Positions 12,539 through 26,143 of a DNA stretch of 64,000 bases are shown piece after piece. The first letter of the stretch is position 1. Each line of letters begins with the position of its first letter. Source of the stretch: Laetmonice hystrix. Lineage: Eukaryota. Below the pieces are notes generated by a model that saw only the letters and a program-made list of their open reading frames with translations, had not been told where the DNA came from and searched no databases. Position numbers and translations under genes: made by a program. The stretch spans positions 54,376,001 to 54,440,000 of the forward strand of contig OZ249436.1 of the NCBI GenBank assembly GCA_965235115.1, written 5' to 3'.

Positions 12539-13487
12539 TTATTGTAATGAAGACAGCTGACGTCAGAAGAACGTGTGGAACCGATCAGGTCCTACCTGTA
12601 TGCACGCCCACTACAATAGTCAAAACAACGAAATCAAACATTAAACCTGTGGGAAAACTCATCGGGTACAAAATAGACTCAATCCACTGGAGCGAATTTC
12701 CTTGCTGTCTCTTTGCTATTTACTTTTGAATTTACGTTAGGATAACACCAAAGCTGAAACAATTGTTTGCTGCCCATTCTGAAAATGAGTTCCATTCTTC
12801 AGATTCAAATTCGAGGCGAAATGAAGCAATGGCGACAAAATGGCAAGCAAAATCGCCCAAGTGGTCAAGGGCTTACAATATGAAAACAACGGGGTTGACC
12901 ATATGCAGGAAATTATATTACGTTTTGGTGCACTAATGAATTTGCATGCAATTCACGTACAAAACATCAGAAGTACTGCAGCTGTCGTACTGAGTTCCTC
13001 TCAGATTACCAAGACCAGCCCAATCCGAAGCAGTAGGTCTGACCTTTACTTTGACCTTTTGAGCTCTCTGTCACCGATATTCTGATTGCATCCTGGACCC
13101 GTACCTAACCCATATTAATGTCCCAAATTTATATTCTCAGTTTAGTTTCAATCCCCTCTTTCTTTTACATTTTTACAAAGGATATTTTCTGCACCTTTAC
13201 CGTCGATGTCATCCAACATGTAGTTCCCTAAACTGGAACACTCACTCAGTGGTCGGTGATCAATTTTGAACATCCATTACACGCATTTTGAAGTGATGAC
13301 TATAATAATCAGGAACAGCGACTGTTTGACCAATAATAATCAGGAACAGCGACTGTTTGACCAATGCACTTTGTGATCCCCAGAGAGGCAGCTTCCCCTT
13401 GCCGTCGAGATGACGTCATCAGCGGAAACCTTGACATAGGTCTACGTACGTCCGATATAATGAACACCATGAAGAGGAATGTCTTAC

Positions 13488-13597
13488 TTGTTGTAAAGTA
13501 CGATGTCCGGAACCCACATGCTGTCAGCAGGCAGGCTGATCATCTCGATTCCCTGGAAATGGTTGGGGTTCCACGTCAGGAGTTCATCCACCCATCT
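13488..13597 (-). CDS. nAChR alpha-type subunit, coding exon 3 (loop A)
   Basis: RWVDELLTWNP...WVPDIVLYN; 110-nt exon, acceptor cttccag, donor AA|gtaaga (phase 2). Confidence 0.95.
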
Positions 13598-14611
13598 CTG
13601 GAAGCGATCAAAAATTGTCATTTCGGACCGGCTGTTTTCTTCATCATCATAGTAGTGTGTAGGTATAGACTTAGATGACACAAGCCTATAGAGGCCGAAC
13701 ATTTCATTCTGAAATTTCACAATTATTTAATTACGAAATGTTCTTCACGAAAAATGTCTTACGGAATTCTCAATTTGACCATATTTGGTGATATTCTGTT
13801 ATTTCATCTTTGTTGCTCTTCTACGAAATGCATCAGGACCGCAGCTGATGTATTTTATCAGCTGAACACTAGCCTGTCCAGTGAAAGTTGTGGCAGACAT
13901 AAACATTTCTTCTACATATTGGGTGTGTAATAAACCACTATTATGGCGTCGTTTTCCAATATACGCATGCATACTCGAGTAACCAAGGGCAATCTGGGCC
14001 ATGCCGTCTCAGTATTGCTGACCGCCCTGTGTCAGAATTCAGAATGACCCCGGCGGCAGGAGGCCATGTAAATAGTCGGAGAAATCCCCTGATTCCTCGA
14101 TAACGCTATCATTCCGAACGAAGTCACAAGTGGTGGGACATCGGGGACGATCGAGGTGGGACGAAATTTCTTCACTTTATGTAGCCGTTATGTCACGGGT
14201 AACGGATGTGGACGAGCCGTCGGGCATGGTGGCGTACGAGAGCAAGTCATAACATAGAAATGCCATGGGTCGACGTGAACACGGGGGGGGGGGGTCGGAG
14301 AATTCCATTACCTCGGGCTAAGAGAGGACTGATTGTCCGGGCGTGGGTCAAGACTGGGGTCATCTATAGCTGCTGTCCACGGCATGATCCACCGGTATTA
14401 AGTTCATGCGGACCGAATTTAAGGTTTTAAAGGTAAATAATGTAAGATGCATAGTAATCTTAAAATGAAAGGAAATCAGAAAATGTAGCCCTAAACCATC
14501 AATACGTACGGATATATCTTTTGTGTTTTTCATTTACCTTATCTGCCTGGGGAGAATCCCCAATGAAATCGTATCTACCCCTGTATTTAGATAAACCAGC
14601 AAAGCACTCAC

Positions 14612-14810
14612 GTATCTTTTCCAAACGTTGGTGGTGAGAACCTGATTGGTTTCATCGAAGTCGAGGATTTGAATAAGGGCGAGGGCGAACTCGACCTGGA
14701 GGGTCTGGGTACTGTTCCTGACGGGGCGCGCCACCCGGCCAGCCCTACGATATCGGTCCTGCAGGAAACGGACCAGCTGGCTCTCCTGGGAGAACTCAGT
14801 CAGGTCATCC
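14612..14810 (-). CDS. nAChR alpha-type subunit, coding exon 2 (N-terminal helix to loop D)
   Basis: [20 protein letters not shown]...[39 protein letters not shown], a typical nAChR N-terminus. Acceptor tttccag, donor gtgagt. Confidence 0.93.
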
Positions 14811-15134
14811 CTGGAAACATAGGTCAAAACTGGTCAGGGTAGTCTGGAAACGGGAAACTGGGGTAGGCCAGTCCTGGAACTATAGGGAAAGTCTGCTATA
14901 AAGTCAGCCCTAGAAACATAAGGGGAGCTGCGATTACATTTTAGAAATTATTATTTGTCATAGAAAAGATTGTATAGTTTGTATGGCTGTTAATATGTCA
15001 ATAAACTCCTAGTCCCTCGTTTAGAAACCTTGTTCCCACTTTCAAGGAATCATTGCTTCGCCAATAATAATTACGAACCCTTGCATAGTGTTTCTTCCAG
15101 AAACACCACGTGAGGATGATAGGACTGAGCCTCA

Positions 15135-15300
15135 CATCCCATCACCCTACCCTCCCCTCCCCATCCTCAGCCACCCATCTCACACCCCAGGGATCACCCT
15201 ACCCTGCCCTACCCTACCCTCCCCATCCTCAGTCACCCATCTCACACCCCAGAGATCACCCTACCCTTCCCATCCTCAGCCACCCATCTCACACCCCAGG
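15135..15300. repeat. C-rich degenerate tandem repeat (~50-60 bp unit)
   Basis: About three copies of atcaccctaccct...cccatcctcag(c/t)cacccatctcacaccccag. Confidence 0.8.
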
Positions 15301-16218
15301 GTTCACGGGGCGTGTGGGGGCCACAACCCCGGAACCCACGCCGACATGTATTGATCAGATCGTCATAGAAACCAATTAACCCCTGACCATGTTATACGAT
15401 CGTCAATTTCAAGTTACTCACCTTCCAGTAATAAATAGGGTCTGGCATGCCGACGGCACGTTACGGGTCTCTCTTATATCTATACAGGCAGACGCCATTG
15501 ATATTCTACTTTTTTGGTACCACATAGACGACCTGCACGGAGATACTGTCATAATTGGTTATACACCGATCTATACGTCCTTTTTATCACTGACTCAAAG
15601 TGACACATGGGACAGCCTGTATGGGGTATTATCAGATATCTATAAGATATTATAAACCAACATAGGATATTATGGTGGGCCAGTTCATCCATTATGTGTC
15701 AACCAGACATAATTCTGCACGGCTGTGGTTTAAAATTATCCATGTCACTGATTCCAGAAATCTGATCCTGGTGTTTTTTAGTAATCGTCATTGTTGTAGT
15801 CTCGGAATACGTATCGCTCGCATCATTTGTTTTTCCGTTTTTCTGTCAACTGGTGTCCATCACGATGTTGATCAAGGATGTTGAACCTACGTATTATTGC
15901 ATCCAGGCATAAATGAAGGATTGACCAACAGTATAGTGGCCTCTTTAACAAGCAACCAAGCATGATGAGTAAATACGGCATACCATTGCCACATGGGTGT
16001 AGCCAGCTTTTTCCAAGGGGGGGGGGGTCGACCTGGATGGAAATCGTCATTTTGTAGTGCCATAAGGCGCTCAATTCCGTGACTTGAGGTCCCGAGATCC
16101 CGAGATAGTCCCGAGTCCCGAGATAGTCCATACACACAGGCTTGAACTGTCTGCCTATATAGAGCAGCTTGAACAGTTGATTGGACGTGGGTTAATTTTA
16201 TAGTACCCCGCAAAAAAG

Positions 16219-16464
16219 CAGGGGCGGATTCAAGGGGGGGGGTGAATTGGGTGGCTAGCCAACCCCCTTAGAGCCGCTTTTACCCCTGTTCATATGGCAT
16301 ATTATTTAATACCTCATTTTGTGCTCCAAAGTGCACCAAATCTCGCCATATTGCAAGTTAAATTTCCATTTTTTCCTGGGGGCCCCTAGCATGGCTGTGC
16401 CTTCAGCGCTCGACCTGTCCAAGGCTCCTAGCCACCCCGTTGAAAATTCCTTCATCCGCGCCTG
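16219..16464. mobile_element. Short TIR element (CAGGGGCGGAT...ATCCGCGCCTG family)
   Basis: Terminal IRs with G-run/C-run subtermini; flanks aaaaag/aaaagg. Confidence 0.6.
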
Positions 16465-17191
16465 AAAAGGGGTTCGTCCGAAAATCTCGAACCTCCCTGG
16501 CTCATCTAGATGTATGACATATGTATACGCCTACTGTAGCCGACCCCTGGTGTAAGGAGGCATTGCCTCATACCAGCTGCCTCATACCAGGATAAATTTG
16601 TATGTAAGAATGGTTTCAAGTAATCACAGTGTGCCTTCGCTAGGTAATTGGAATACATGCATTCATTGTTCGACGTCAAACAGATCTAATTGATGACGAC
16701 ATCAAAAACCAATTGCACATTCGGATGACGCTTTGTGCCATAGTTTGCACAAACTTCACTTCTTCATAATAGCGTTAAAGCAGTACATGAAATTGAAAAG
16801 CGATTTTTACAACAATAATAAGCCTTGAGTCGGAAATAGGAAATGAATGTGATGAATTTTAGATGGAGTCAACAGTAACAGTAGAACAACAGGGATAGGA
16901 GCAAACAATTGATCGCGTCGGTCTCCTGCTACTGTATGAAACCGAGGGGATTACTTCGGGACAGAATAATGTAATAGATAGTTGTGAACTACAAATTGAG
17001 TGGGAGTCTGCATGAGCATTACAATCATAATCTGCCGGTCACCACGTAAAATCATCAGAATGTCCCGCATGTATGCTAAGCTATTTCTGTTGCACACGTA
17101 ATCTATTTTTGACAAATTTGATAAAAAGAAAGCTAGGCTGTCAGTCGATTTGCCCTTCTGAAGAACATTCTATATACATGCATGCGTAGAT

Positions 17192-17527
17192 CACTGGGGG
17201 ATCCAGGGGGGCCCAAGGGGCCCGCCCCCCTTAAATTTTCCTTTTCCCCGCTTTTTTGTACAAAGATGCATTATTCGGACCCTGAAACCAGGATTCCAAC
17301 AAAATTCTGTAAAAAAGCCTCCTATATTGTACGTGATAGCAACATCGGGCCCAAAAGGGCCTCCTCAGTCATCCAGGAGCAACATAACTTTGGGTCATGC
17401 AGCATTGAAATAGACCAAAAGAGGCCCAAAATGGCCATGATTACAATAAAATCATGCAGAGCGTAGCGAGGCTAAAAGACTTTGTAGGTGCCCCCCCCCC
17501 CTTATCAAAATCCTGGATCCCCCACTG
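17192..17527. mobile_element. Short TIR element (CA.TGGGGGATCCAGG family) with 6-bp target-site duplication
   Basis: cactgggggatccagg...cctggatcccccactg flanked by gtagat on both sides. Confidence 0.7.
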
Positions 17528-19675
17528 GTAGATCTATACCTGTTTGGCAAATATCACATCTATAGTGGAATTTCTACGTATAACCTTTAAGATACACCAA
17601 CGTGAGATGGAAGTTGGGGTTGAGGCTGACTTTGTTAAATAGAATCCGCTCTGTGGTTTGTTGGATGTTGCGGCGCGATTCATATCGGCGCCTTTTAACA
17701 GTTGGACGCCATTGTTGGTGGCGGCCTCCTGATCTCGCCGTCAGGGGGAGCTGTGGTAGACGTCCCAAACGGCACGATGTCGTCTGGCAGACTCCGGTCT
17801 GCGCCGCAGCACAGATATCAAAAGAGGCCAGCTCTTTGTTTTTCAGTTGCTTGGTTCCCTTGGTGTGCCATGCTTTGACTTTTCAAAGAATGCTGTTAAA
17901 GTTTGTTGAATATGCAGCCGTCCGACTCTATATATTCACACAGATGGTAGACTTGAGATATATGAGGGAGTTGACAGTGGCAGGAGTCCCTGGGGTTGAC
18001 GTCAAGCTACACGACGGGCGATTTTATTATACCTCCAGATAAGGAAAAATATATGGATTTGTAGCCAAGAAATACGCTTTCCAGACAGACACAAACAGAT
18101 TGCAATTGCTGTATCTTGAAATGTAAAGCCAGTATAGAATAGATAGAGGGACCAAATTTTATGAGGCAGGCAGCCGAGTTCTTATCTATGGCTGTCCATA
18201 ATTTGAATGAATGTTTTTATGGTTCTGCTAGACTAAAAAAGGGGGGATTTTTTTCTTACTCTCAGTTCCATCCGCATTTACACCATATATTCACGTGGGA
18301 AACATACAAAATTCAACTAAAGGTGTTTTAAAGTTCGAGCGCAAGACCCTTCGACTTTGTAAGAAACAGATCTAGCGTTAAGGAAAATACCACAGCGCTG
18401 AAACTTTCCTTGATTCCTCATTATAAGGTGGCCAGAGATTCTGTTTAAAAAACATCCTTGGTTAATTTTTACACCAGACCTGAATGAGGATGTTGCATGC
18501 AGGCTTGGCATGGGGTGTGGGCAAGGATGTTCTGTCTTTCTCTGGGTGTATAGTATACCCCAATCTTTCGACAAAGCATGACTTCAGCCCCCTTCAGCCC
18601 ATTGTCTGCGGGCCCCCTACTAGATATAATATAATTACAAAAAATGATTCCGACGGCCCCTATCAAATGATCCGATCTGAAAAATTATATTGGAATATAG
18701 ACTGTTTGTCAAAATTAATGTCGTGGAAGACAACAGAGACAACTTTCTGCACAACTTTATTGCAGTATCTCCTATGCAATCTCAGTACTTTATATGTACA
18801 TCTATACTGTATTTAGTACACGTTAAATGTATACAAACACAATCTATGACCCCTTACCATATTGATTTTATAGTGTTTTCGGCAAGGTTGAAGCAGACCG
18901 TGTGGTTCTCTGCATCTTAATTCTTCTAGAACCATATACCGCCTAGATATCATATCTCCATATTCGGGAAAACCGATTGTGACGTCAATGTTGGCATCCA
19001 GCACAACTGTCTCGTCTCAATTTCTGATCACCTGGCACCAGTATGTAAATACAAGGGGATCATACTAGAAGAAATTCCGCACAGCAATTGAACATACCCT
19101 CATCTTTCAAACATTAACGGCGTGTTGGTGAAATATATAATGCTTCTTTAAATTTTACAACCAAAGTCCAAGGCACTGTCACGCGTGAACACTGACAACC
19201 AATGACCTAACTGCACAATACGCTCCAGACGAATATTTTTTTTATTTTTAATATTATTTCAGTCCACGCGCTCAACAACTACATGTATATCAAGTTCACA
19301 TAGCCATAGCAGAATAACTTTTTTTATATTTCGAGGGGAAAAATACGAAGTAAAAAAGAGCGTTTTTTTAACTCACCCTGTATAAGGCCTGTTTCTTTTT
19401 ATGTTCATTCTCCACGAGTTTGTTTGAATTGTTGGAGCAAACGTCCATCACTACATCAGTCTGTGTAAATGGTTTTTCTATTCACATTTCTCCCAGTACC
19501 TTTCATGAGGATGATTTAATAGAATTAAATGATATCTCAGAATCCTCAGTAGTTGTTCAGATATTATTATGTCCCCTTTCACTGCATTTTATAGTAGGCC
19601 TATATATATTATTACTTCGGGTGGTGGGGGCCTAATCTAGTACTGGGGTATCTAGTACACGAACACCAGTATTAA

Positions 19676-20003
19676 AGGGAGTCGTAAAATTCATTTTTTC
19701 TATTTATGGCAGTCTTAGAAACATATGATTCGCATACCTTTGACTCCCAGTAACATCATGTGAGACTGTTATGGCCCAGCGACCAGTATTTAGTAAGGAA
19801 AATATGCCAAATCTCTCGCAAATACGTAGCTCAGAATTAGCGAACGGCCCACAGGATATTTGAGTTGGCCGCGGTCGGGCGATGATCACGCGTGATCACG
19901 TGACTTCCGGGTGTGGAAGGGAATCTCCCTCTAGTCTAGCGTTGACCTAAATACCGCAGGTAAGACTGCCATAAATCGAAAAAAATGAATTTTACGACTC
20001 CCT
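19676..20003. mobile_element. TTAA-flanked MITE (Kolobok-like AGGG termini)
   Basis: ~40-bp TIR agggagtcgtaaaattcattttttctatttatggcagtctta; TTAA on both sides. Confidence 0.85.
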
Positions 20004-21103
20004 TTAAACAGTCAGCCAAGGCCCACCGTGCCACACCCTATACGCTGGCTTCCCTTTACCTGTTGTCATCTATTCTACCAATTTCCTTTTCAAACCAAAA
20101 ACAGCCTTGACCTGTAAGGACATGCACAGTCATTCTCCACGTTTATTTACAATCATAAACAATAGATTAAAACCAGCCAGATGGGAGGTCACCTTTTTGC
20201 CGCAAGGAGCTTACATAGAGGCGAGATCAGTCCATCTAATAAGGGGCCCAGCTGCCAGGTTACACATCCATGCATTCATTGTACAGTACAGGTCCTCCAC
20301 AGTATTGCCACCCATTTGACACCTCTGTACTGCATATTTCCCCATTAAAAAATGTTCCGGGGAAACAAGGGATCCCATAATACTTATGGGTATAATGATA
20401 ATGATCCCATAGGGAACGTAGGTGGACGTAAATCATATTAGGACAGCAATGCATATTAAACATTAAAGCTCACATTTTCTGACACTTGGGACGCGATGTC
20501 TAGATGGAGCTATTAGTATAACGAGAAAACGCAAACGGAGATAACACCGATCAGAATTGCACACCTTTCGTGACTAGGGCCTATACATTGCAAGTCAATA
20601 GCACACTGTCGGCGGAAATTCCTCCCTTATACATTTTATCATGTCAGTTATAATCATGAACTAAAGAAAGAGGTAAATAATTTGTAAACGGCCTGGATTA
20701 TAATCGAGTGATGTCGTTTAGTGGAGCCTGACATGTCCCTTAGGTCCTACAGGGCTATGGATGTTGAATGTTTGATTACTTCGACTCTGTTTGCGAGCAG
20801 TGTTGCCATGTCATGTCAAATTGTATTGATGTGCACGATTCTATTGATACAGATTACCATATTGGGTGCGGCATCCCGATGCCGCAGTTAACCAAAGTTT
20901 CGCGCGTCCGGTTGTCACGTGATCGGGTTACATCGCTACCTGTCCTTCCAAACATCTGTTACTTTCCATCTCCTTAACACAACTCTCAACCAAAGTTATT
21001 TTTCTTTCATCGCGAACACGACAGGATGTGGCCAGTTAAAGGGGTTGGTTCGCGGCCAATACGCAGCGTTTCACAAGAATTGCATTGCACTTCTCGTGTA
21101 ATA

Positions 21104-21904
21104 TATCGGATGGGCCTGAAAAAAAAACTGGAACACTCTTTATTAGACTTCTGTAACTACTATAATTTTGTCATAATATTTTGCAAAATATTGAATGGTT
21201 AATTGAGACGTGTGGTACAAATTTCAGATTAATAGGTCGAAACATCTAAAAAAAATAGCGGTATTTTAAAAACTGCATGTCAAAAACTGCAATGCCGGAC
21301 CAGGGTATAGGCCTAATTAGCATGTTGCCGCACGTCAGGGTTGGTGCCACTGTGCCAAACAGGTGGCCGGTCAGACTCTGTTTTGACACATTTCATCAGA
21401 AACTTTCACATATAGAGCAGGGTGTTTCCGAAATTTTCAGCATGGTGTTCAGTGAGGATGAGAGATCTGTTATTGAAACTTGTTATCTGGAAAAAGGATG
21501 TGTTTACACACCCACACACCCCCACCCACACAGATTCACCCCGAGCGAGCTGAAGGCGAAAATCTGGGGAAAGTGGGAGGAAATTATTCTGGAAAAAGTG
21601 AGCAAGTCAATCGGGTCATTCAAAAAGAGACTTAGGGCTCCGTGGGAACATCGATCTCCTTTTCAACTAAAATAGGAAGGTGAAATTGACTTGGCCCTTC
21701 GCCAATGCATTTTTCGACATTTAAAGTTTGATTCTTTGCACTTAAAGAGATTTTGACCTATATGCCTGAAATGTTCACCACAAAATGCTATTAATCATAC
21801 AATATGATGCACCAAATATCATTGGCAACCTATAAAGGCTATATGCAAATTGTAGAAGCTATAGTCAAGTAAAGAGTGTTCCAGTTTTTTTTGCTCACCT
21901 GATA
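21104..21904 (+). mobile_element. Internally deleted Tc1/mariner-like element
   Basis: TA flanks and imperfect TIR (tatcgg...aaaactggaacactcttta). Retains a transposase N-terminus (MVFSEDERSVIETCYLEKG) fused to a C-terminus (ELKAKIWGKWEEI..EKVSKSIGSFKKRLRA). Confidence 0.8.
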
Positions 21905-23061
21905 TAACCATAGTACCCGGGTATCATGGTAAAGAAAATGATAAAAGTCGCCAAATAGTCTTTTATACGACTGAGAATGCTCCCAAGCTTCGCGACATAC
22001 CAGAAGGGCATCGTTCGTGGTTACCCCCGCCCTCCTAGTTTTTGTACATCATGAACCTGAGAATTCCGATCAGGTCGGTGCGTGAGGCAAGCCCCTTTAA
22101 GACTCGTTTCGAAAGCCGCGGAGACAGCGAAATCCACATCATCCAGTGTATATATAGTTGGGCGTCAATGTTGCCACAAGTCATTGGAAGTGAATTACCG
22201 GTTGATTTCGAAAACTCCTATGTGACGTAGATAGAACATATGTCTTTATGAATATATTTATAGAAGGAAATAAGTTAATCCTACAGGACAGTGTTTTTAT
22301 GCAGCTTGTTTCAAGCATATCAAAAAGAAAAATCACATAGTGAATCAAGTAGGTTGCTATGGTAACTAACAGTCACGGGCAATACTTACCGATTAGGGAA
22401 ATCGTATTTTGATCACAAACAATCCCTTATGAAGCATAACAAAATGATGAAAAATGAATAGGAGACCTCAACAACATTAATTCTGCTGATCGTCATGAAG
22501 ATTGCTTTTATTCAATAAAGAATGACAGTTATCGTACCAATGACGAGCTCTGATATACCGTGGATGCCATAATGTTTGTGTCAGCTGTTATCGCAAAGTG
22601 TTTGGCAATCATTCCCCGTGAGGACCCGCAACATTTTCAAACATTAAAAAGTCAGCACTGAGCCGAGTTGTCGTCCCATGTGCCAGCTGGCTTGTGCCGT
22701 CCTTGTCACTTTATTGCGACAGAGTGTTGGATTCAAGGCTAACATGCTGACAGCCCAAGGGGATTAATACTAACATCCTTGCCTAGTATATTCATACAAT
22801 TTTACCTTGTATATCATGTTACTTCTATTGGACAGTAACACCAAGGGGCTCGCATATACATGAACATATGCATACCAGGGGGAATGCCGTAACTTAGTGT
22901 TGTTAACTGCTGCTAGACATTCATGCTTATCCATTTTTTTTATTATCTTCGTTCACCGAGAAATTAGTTTAGTAAGAACTTCATCAAAAGGGGGTTGAGT
23001 TACGTGCGGTGGGTGAAAGGTTACAGTATGATCATAATTAGATGTCTGATACGATTTGTCC

Positions 23062-23700
23062 TCCCAGAACTATCCACGGATGGTGGTTCCCAGTCCGAAC
23101 CCTGCCCCCAGAACTATCCACGGGTGGTGGTTCCCAGTCCGAGCCTTGCCCCCAGAACTATCCACGGGTGGTGGTTCCCAGTCTGAACCCTGCCCCCAGA
23201 ACTATCCACGGATGGTGGTTCCCAGTCCGAGCCTTGTCCGCCTTTACACACCTGGCCACGGGCGCTGATTCTAAATCTCAACCCCCCCCCCCCCCCAGAA
23301 CTATCCACGGATGGTGGCTCCCAGTCCGAGCCCTGCCCCCAGAACTATCCACGGATGGTGGTTCCCAGTCCGAGCCCCCAGAACTATCCACGGATGGTGG
23401 TTCCCAGTCCGAGCCTTGCCCCCAGAACTATCCACGGATGGTGGTTCCCAGTCCGAACCCTGCCCCCAGAACTATCCACGGATGGTGGTTCCCAGTCCGA
23501 ACCCTGCCCCCAGAACTATTCACGGATGGTGGTCCCCAGTCCCTGCCCCCAGAACTATCCACGGATGGTGGTGCCCAGTCCGAGCCTTGTCCGCCTGTAC
23601 ACACCTGACCACGGGCGGTGATTCTAAATCTCAACCCCATCCCCCCAGAACGAATCACAGATATTGGTTCCCAGTCTGAACCCTGTCCCCAGGACCTATC
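23062..23700. repeat. Minisatellite, 39-bp unit
   Basis: cccagaactatccacggatggtggttcccagtccgagccttgcc repeated; interrupted twice by the same ~60-bp spacer (near 23235 and 23590), implying a block duplication. Confidence 0.95.
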
Positions 23701-26078
23701 TATGCACGGATGGTGGCTTGGAGAAAGGAAATTGCAGCCTAATATCTGGCGTCCTTAGGTTTGTTACTATAGCTATGTACCACATTAGTGTTTTAAAACC
23801 ATCCACAATATTATACATGCATATCCTTTTCTACAAAATGAACAAATTGATTAGATTTGACCCAAAATGGTTACCCTCTTTTTCGTTGCAACTGTCAAGC
23901 CATAATAGTTACCTTTAGTACCCTGCAATGTGAGTGCACTGGGAGGGGTACGCCCTGTCGCAATATTTCAGCCATAATATTCAGGACGAGAAGAAAACAT
24001 TCAAACTTGTTCAGTCATGGCACCTATTGTATATCCCTGAGTCCCGCGGCGGGAGGTGTTACCTGCTGTTCTGCTAATACACGATACAATACGACATAGC
24101 TGGGACTTATTGGCGGCGCTCGTTTTATGTTGTTGTAATTTTCTGGTAACGACCGCACAACACGCCTCTCCTCTTTCATATACACCTCCTGTATATTTTC
24201 ACCTGAATGCACGTCAGGCGGATAATATCTCGCTGTCACGTACACGTCCATCGATTGCCACATGATTTCCTCATTTATTGCTGACATAAAGATATGATAA
24301 ACTGTAACATTAGAGTCTATACCTATCACTTATGTCGATTCTGTGTTTGAACCAGGCAAATTATCCAATACCCACTGCTCCCTTTGAAAAGACCTTCAGA
24401 GGCCTCTACATCCATTGTAGGTCCAAAGTTGTACTTTCACGAACATCGTAGCTTTTTGGGAAATGTGAAACGAAAGGTATAACGTCACAGCCTAATTGAA
24501 ATACGCCAAAGGTCACTGTGGCATTATGGGAGGTCATATCTCCCTTATGGTCACTGACGTGAGCGTATTTAGCTTGGTTCCCGCCTCGCGTGTAGGTGGC
24601 GCTACGCGCACACGGTAGGCTAGGCACAAAGGTTGACGTCATCGCTCGTCTGGAAGTAAACAAAAGCACGTGGACTGGTGGAGTCGATCTAGCATTACCA
24701 ATCTAGCTGCTGGAATCACGCCAGAATGGCAAGTTTTTGTTGGAGTGGTAGGCCTATATGGCCGCAATAATGTGATTTTACATCTCATATCACCTATGGG
24801 TATATTATAGCTCCCATCATCTCTCGTCCCCAACTACCTGGACGCTTCCGAGTCCTTGTACCACTGCTGGTATCACGTCACCTGAGCCCGCCGCGAATGA
24901 TCCCGGGGGGCCGCCAAACCTGCCCGGGGCTGTGCCCGGGGTGAGCGAGATCGGTGGCCAGTTACACGCCCGCTCGCTTACTCGCTCAAACTGCCGCGGG
25001 CCCGCCGGCCGCTCGCTCGCTCGCTGCCGGGGCTTGTAGGGGCCTCGGCTGGTCCGTTCAACCGGGACTTGTATAGGGGGCCTATAGCCCTCGGCCGGTC
25101 GGTTCGGCCTGGGCTTGTTGATCGAGGCGGATCTAGGATCTTTTAAACAATTGCCGAGAATTGGATTATAATTGGCTGACCTACACCAACCGGCACCAGG
25201 GCGTCGCTACCGTCTGCTTTGACGGGACCCGTCGGCCGGCTCAGTCAACTGACGGGCTCAAATGGCCTCGGGCTCATACCCGTGTATTCGTCTCGAACAT
25301 TAAAACGGTGATTGTCATGAGACGAAATGCAACATATCGCTCATATTGGTACCACATCATGAGGTACTTCCCCTCTATGATTTACCAAAGTTTCAGCCAT
25401 ATGTCGCAATCCAGTAAAATTCTAGAGGAATTCAAACATGAAACGAACCCATCAGACTACCCCTCAATCGACCTATTATCGCCCAAAGGGGATCACCCGA
25501 TACTTCTCGTTTTCTTTACAATTCCTCCCATTAAGTCTCAAACTTTGACCTTAAGGTGGAATCGGGGAAGTGTATAAACATTTTAACAACGTTTTAACAG
25601 TTAATTATAAATAATAAACCTTTAGTGCTACTTATTTTCCTTTTTTCCCGCGCACACGATCGCCTTTTCTGCCTGCACAGGCTCACGTGGTTTGTTTACA
25701 TCTGAGCGCACAGGATTGTGGGTGATGACGTAAACCTTTGTGCAAGACCTACACCAGTAGGTCGCGGAACAAGGCTAGAGCGTATTACCCGTTGTATAGA
25801 TATTCCCTACCTTCTTTTGCAATCATAAGCTTGTGGTGTTGTTTATATTACCAAACGTATAAAACTGCCAGGAACAAAAGTTACCCTTGTGTTGTCCGGG
25901 AACAAAACTAACCCTGGAGTCCAGTGACTGAGATTGGGGTCATGTACATTACGTCAGATAGGATCCTACAGGACACGTTGCTCATGGGACATTCATCCTG
26001 GAGCATTCCATACGCTATAGAAGCTGTAGACCAGGAATGAATGGTAAACCTTGCTCTAGTGTATATTACATTTATACG

Positions 26079-26143
26079 TGTGAGTGTGGGTGTGGGTGTG
26101 GGTGTGGGTGGGGGTGTGGGCGTGGGCGTGGGGGTGGGCGTGG
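26079..26143. repeat. (GTGTGG/GTGGGC)n G-rich microsatellite
   Basis: Hexamer run directly visible. Confidence 0.85.

Noticed and set aside
22995..23679. Repetitive ORFs and CRISPR-like periodicity
   Set aside because: Head-to-tail 39-bp minisatellite with no unique spacers and no cas genes, in a eukaryotic intron.
24024..24329. 101-aa minus-strand ORF as a partner exon for 26715-26870
   Set aside because: Nearby acceptors are phase 1 while the donor is phase 0; no recognisable domain.
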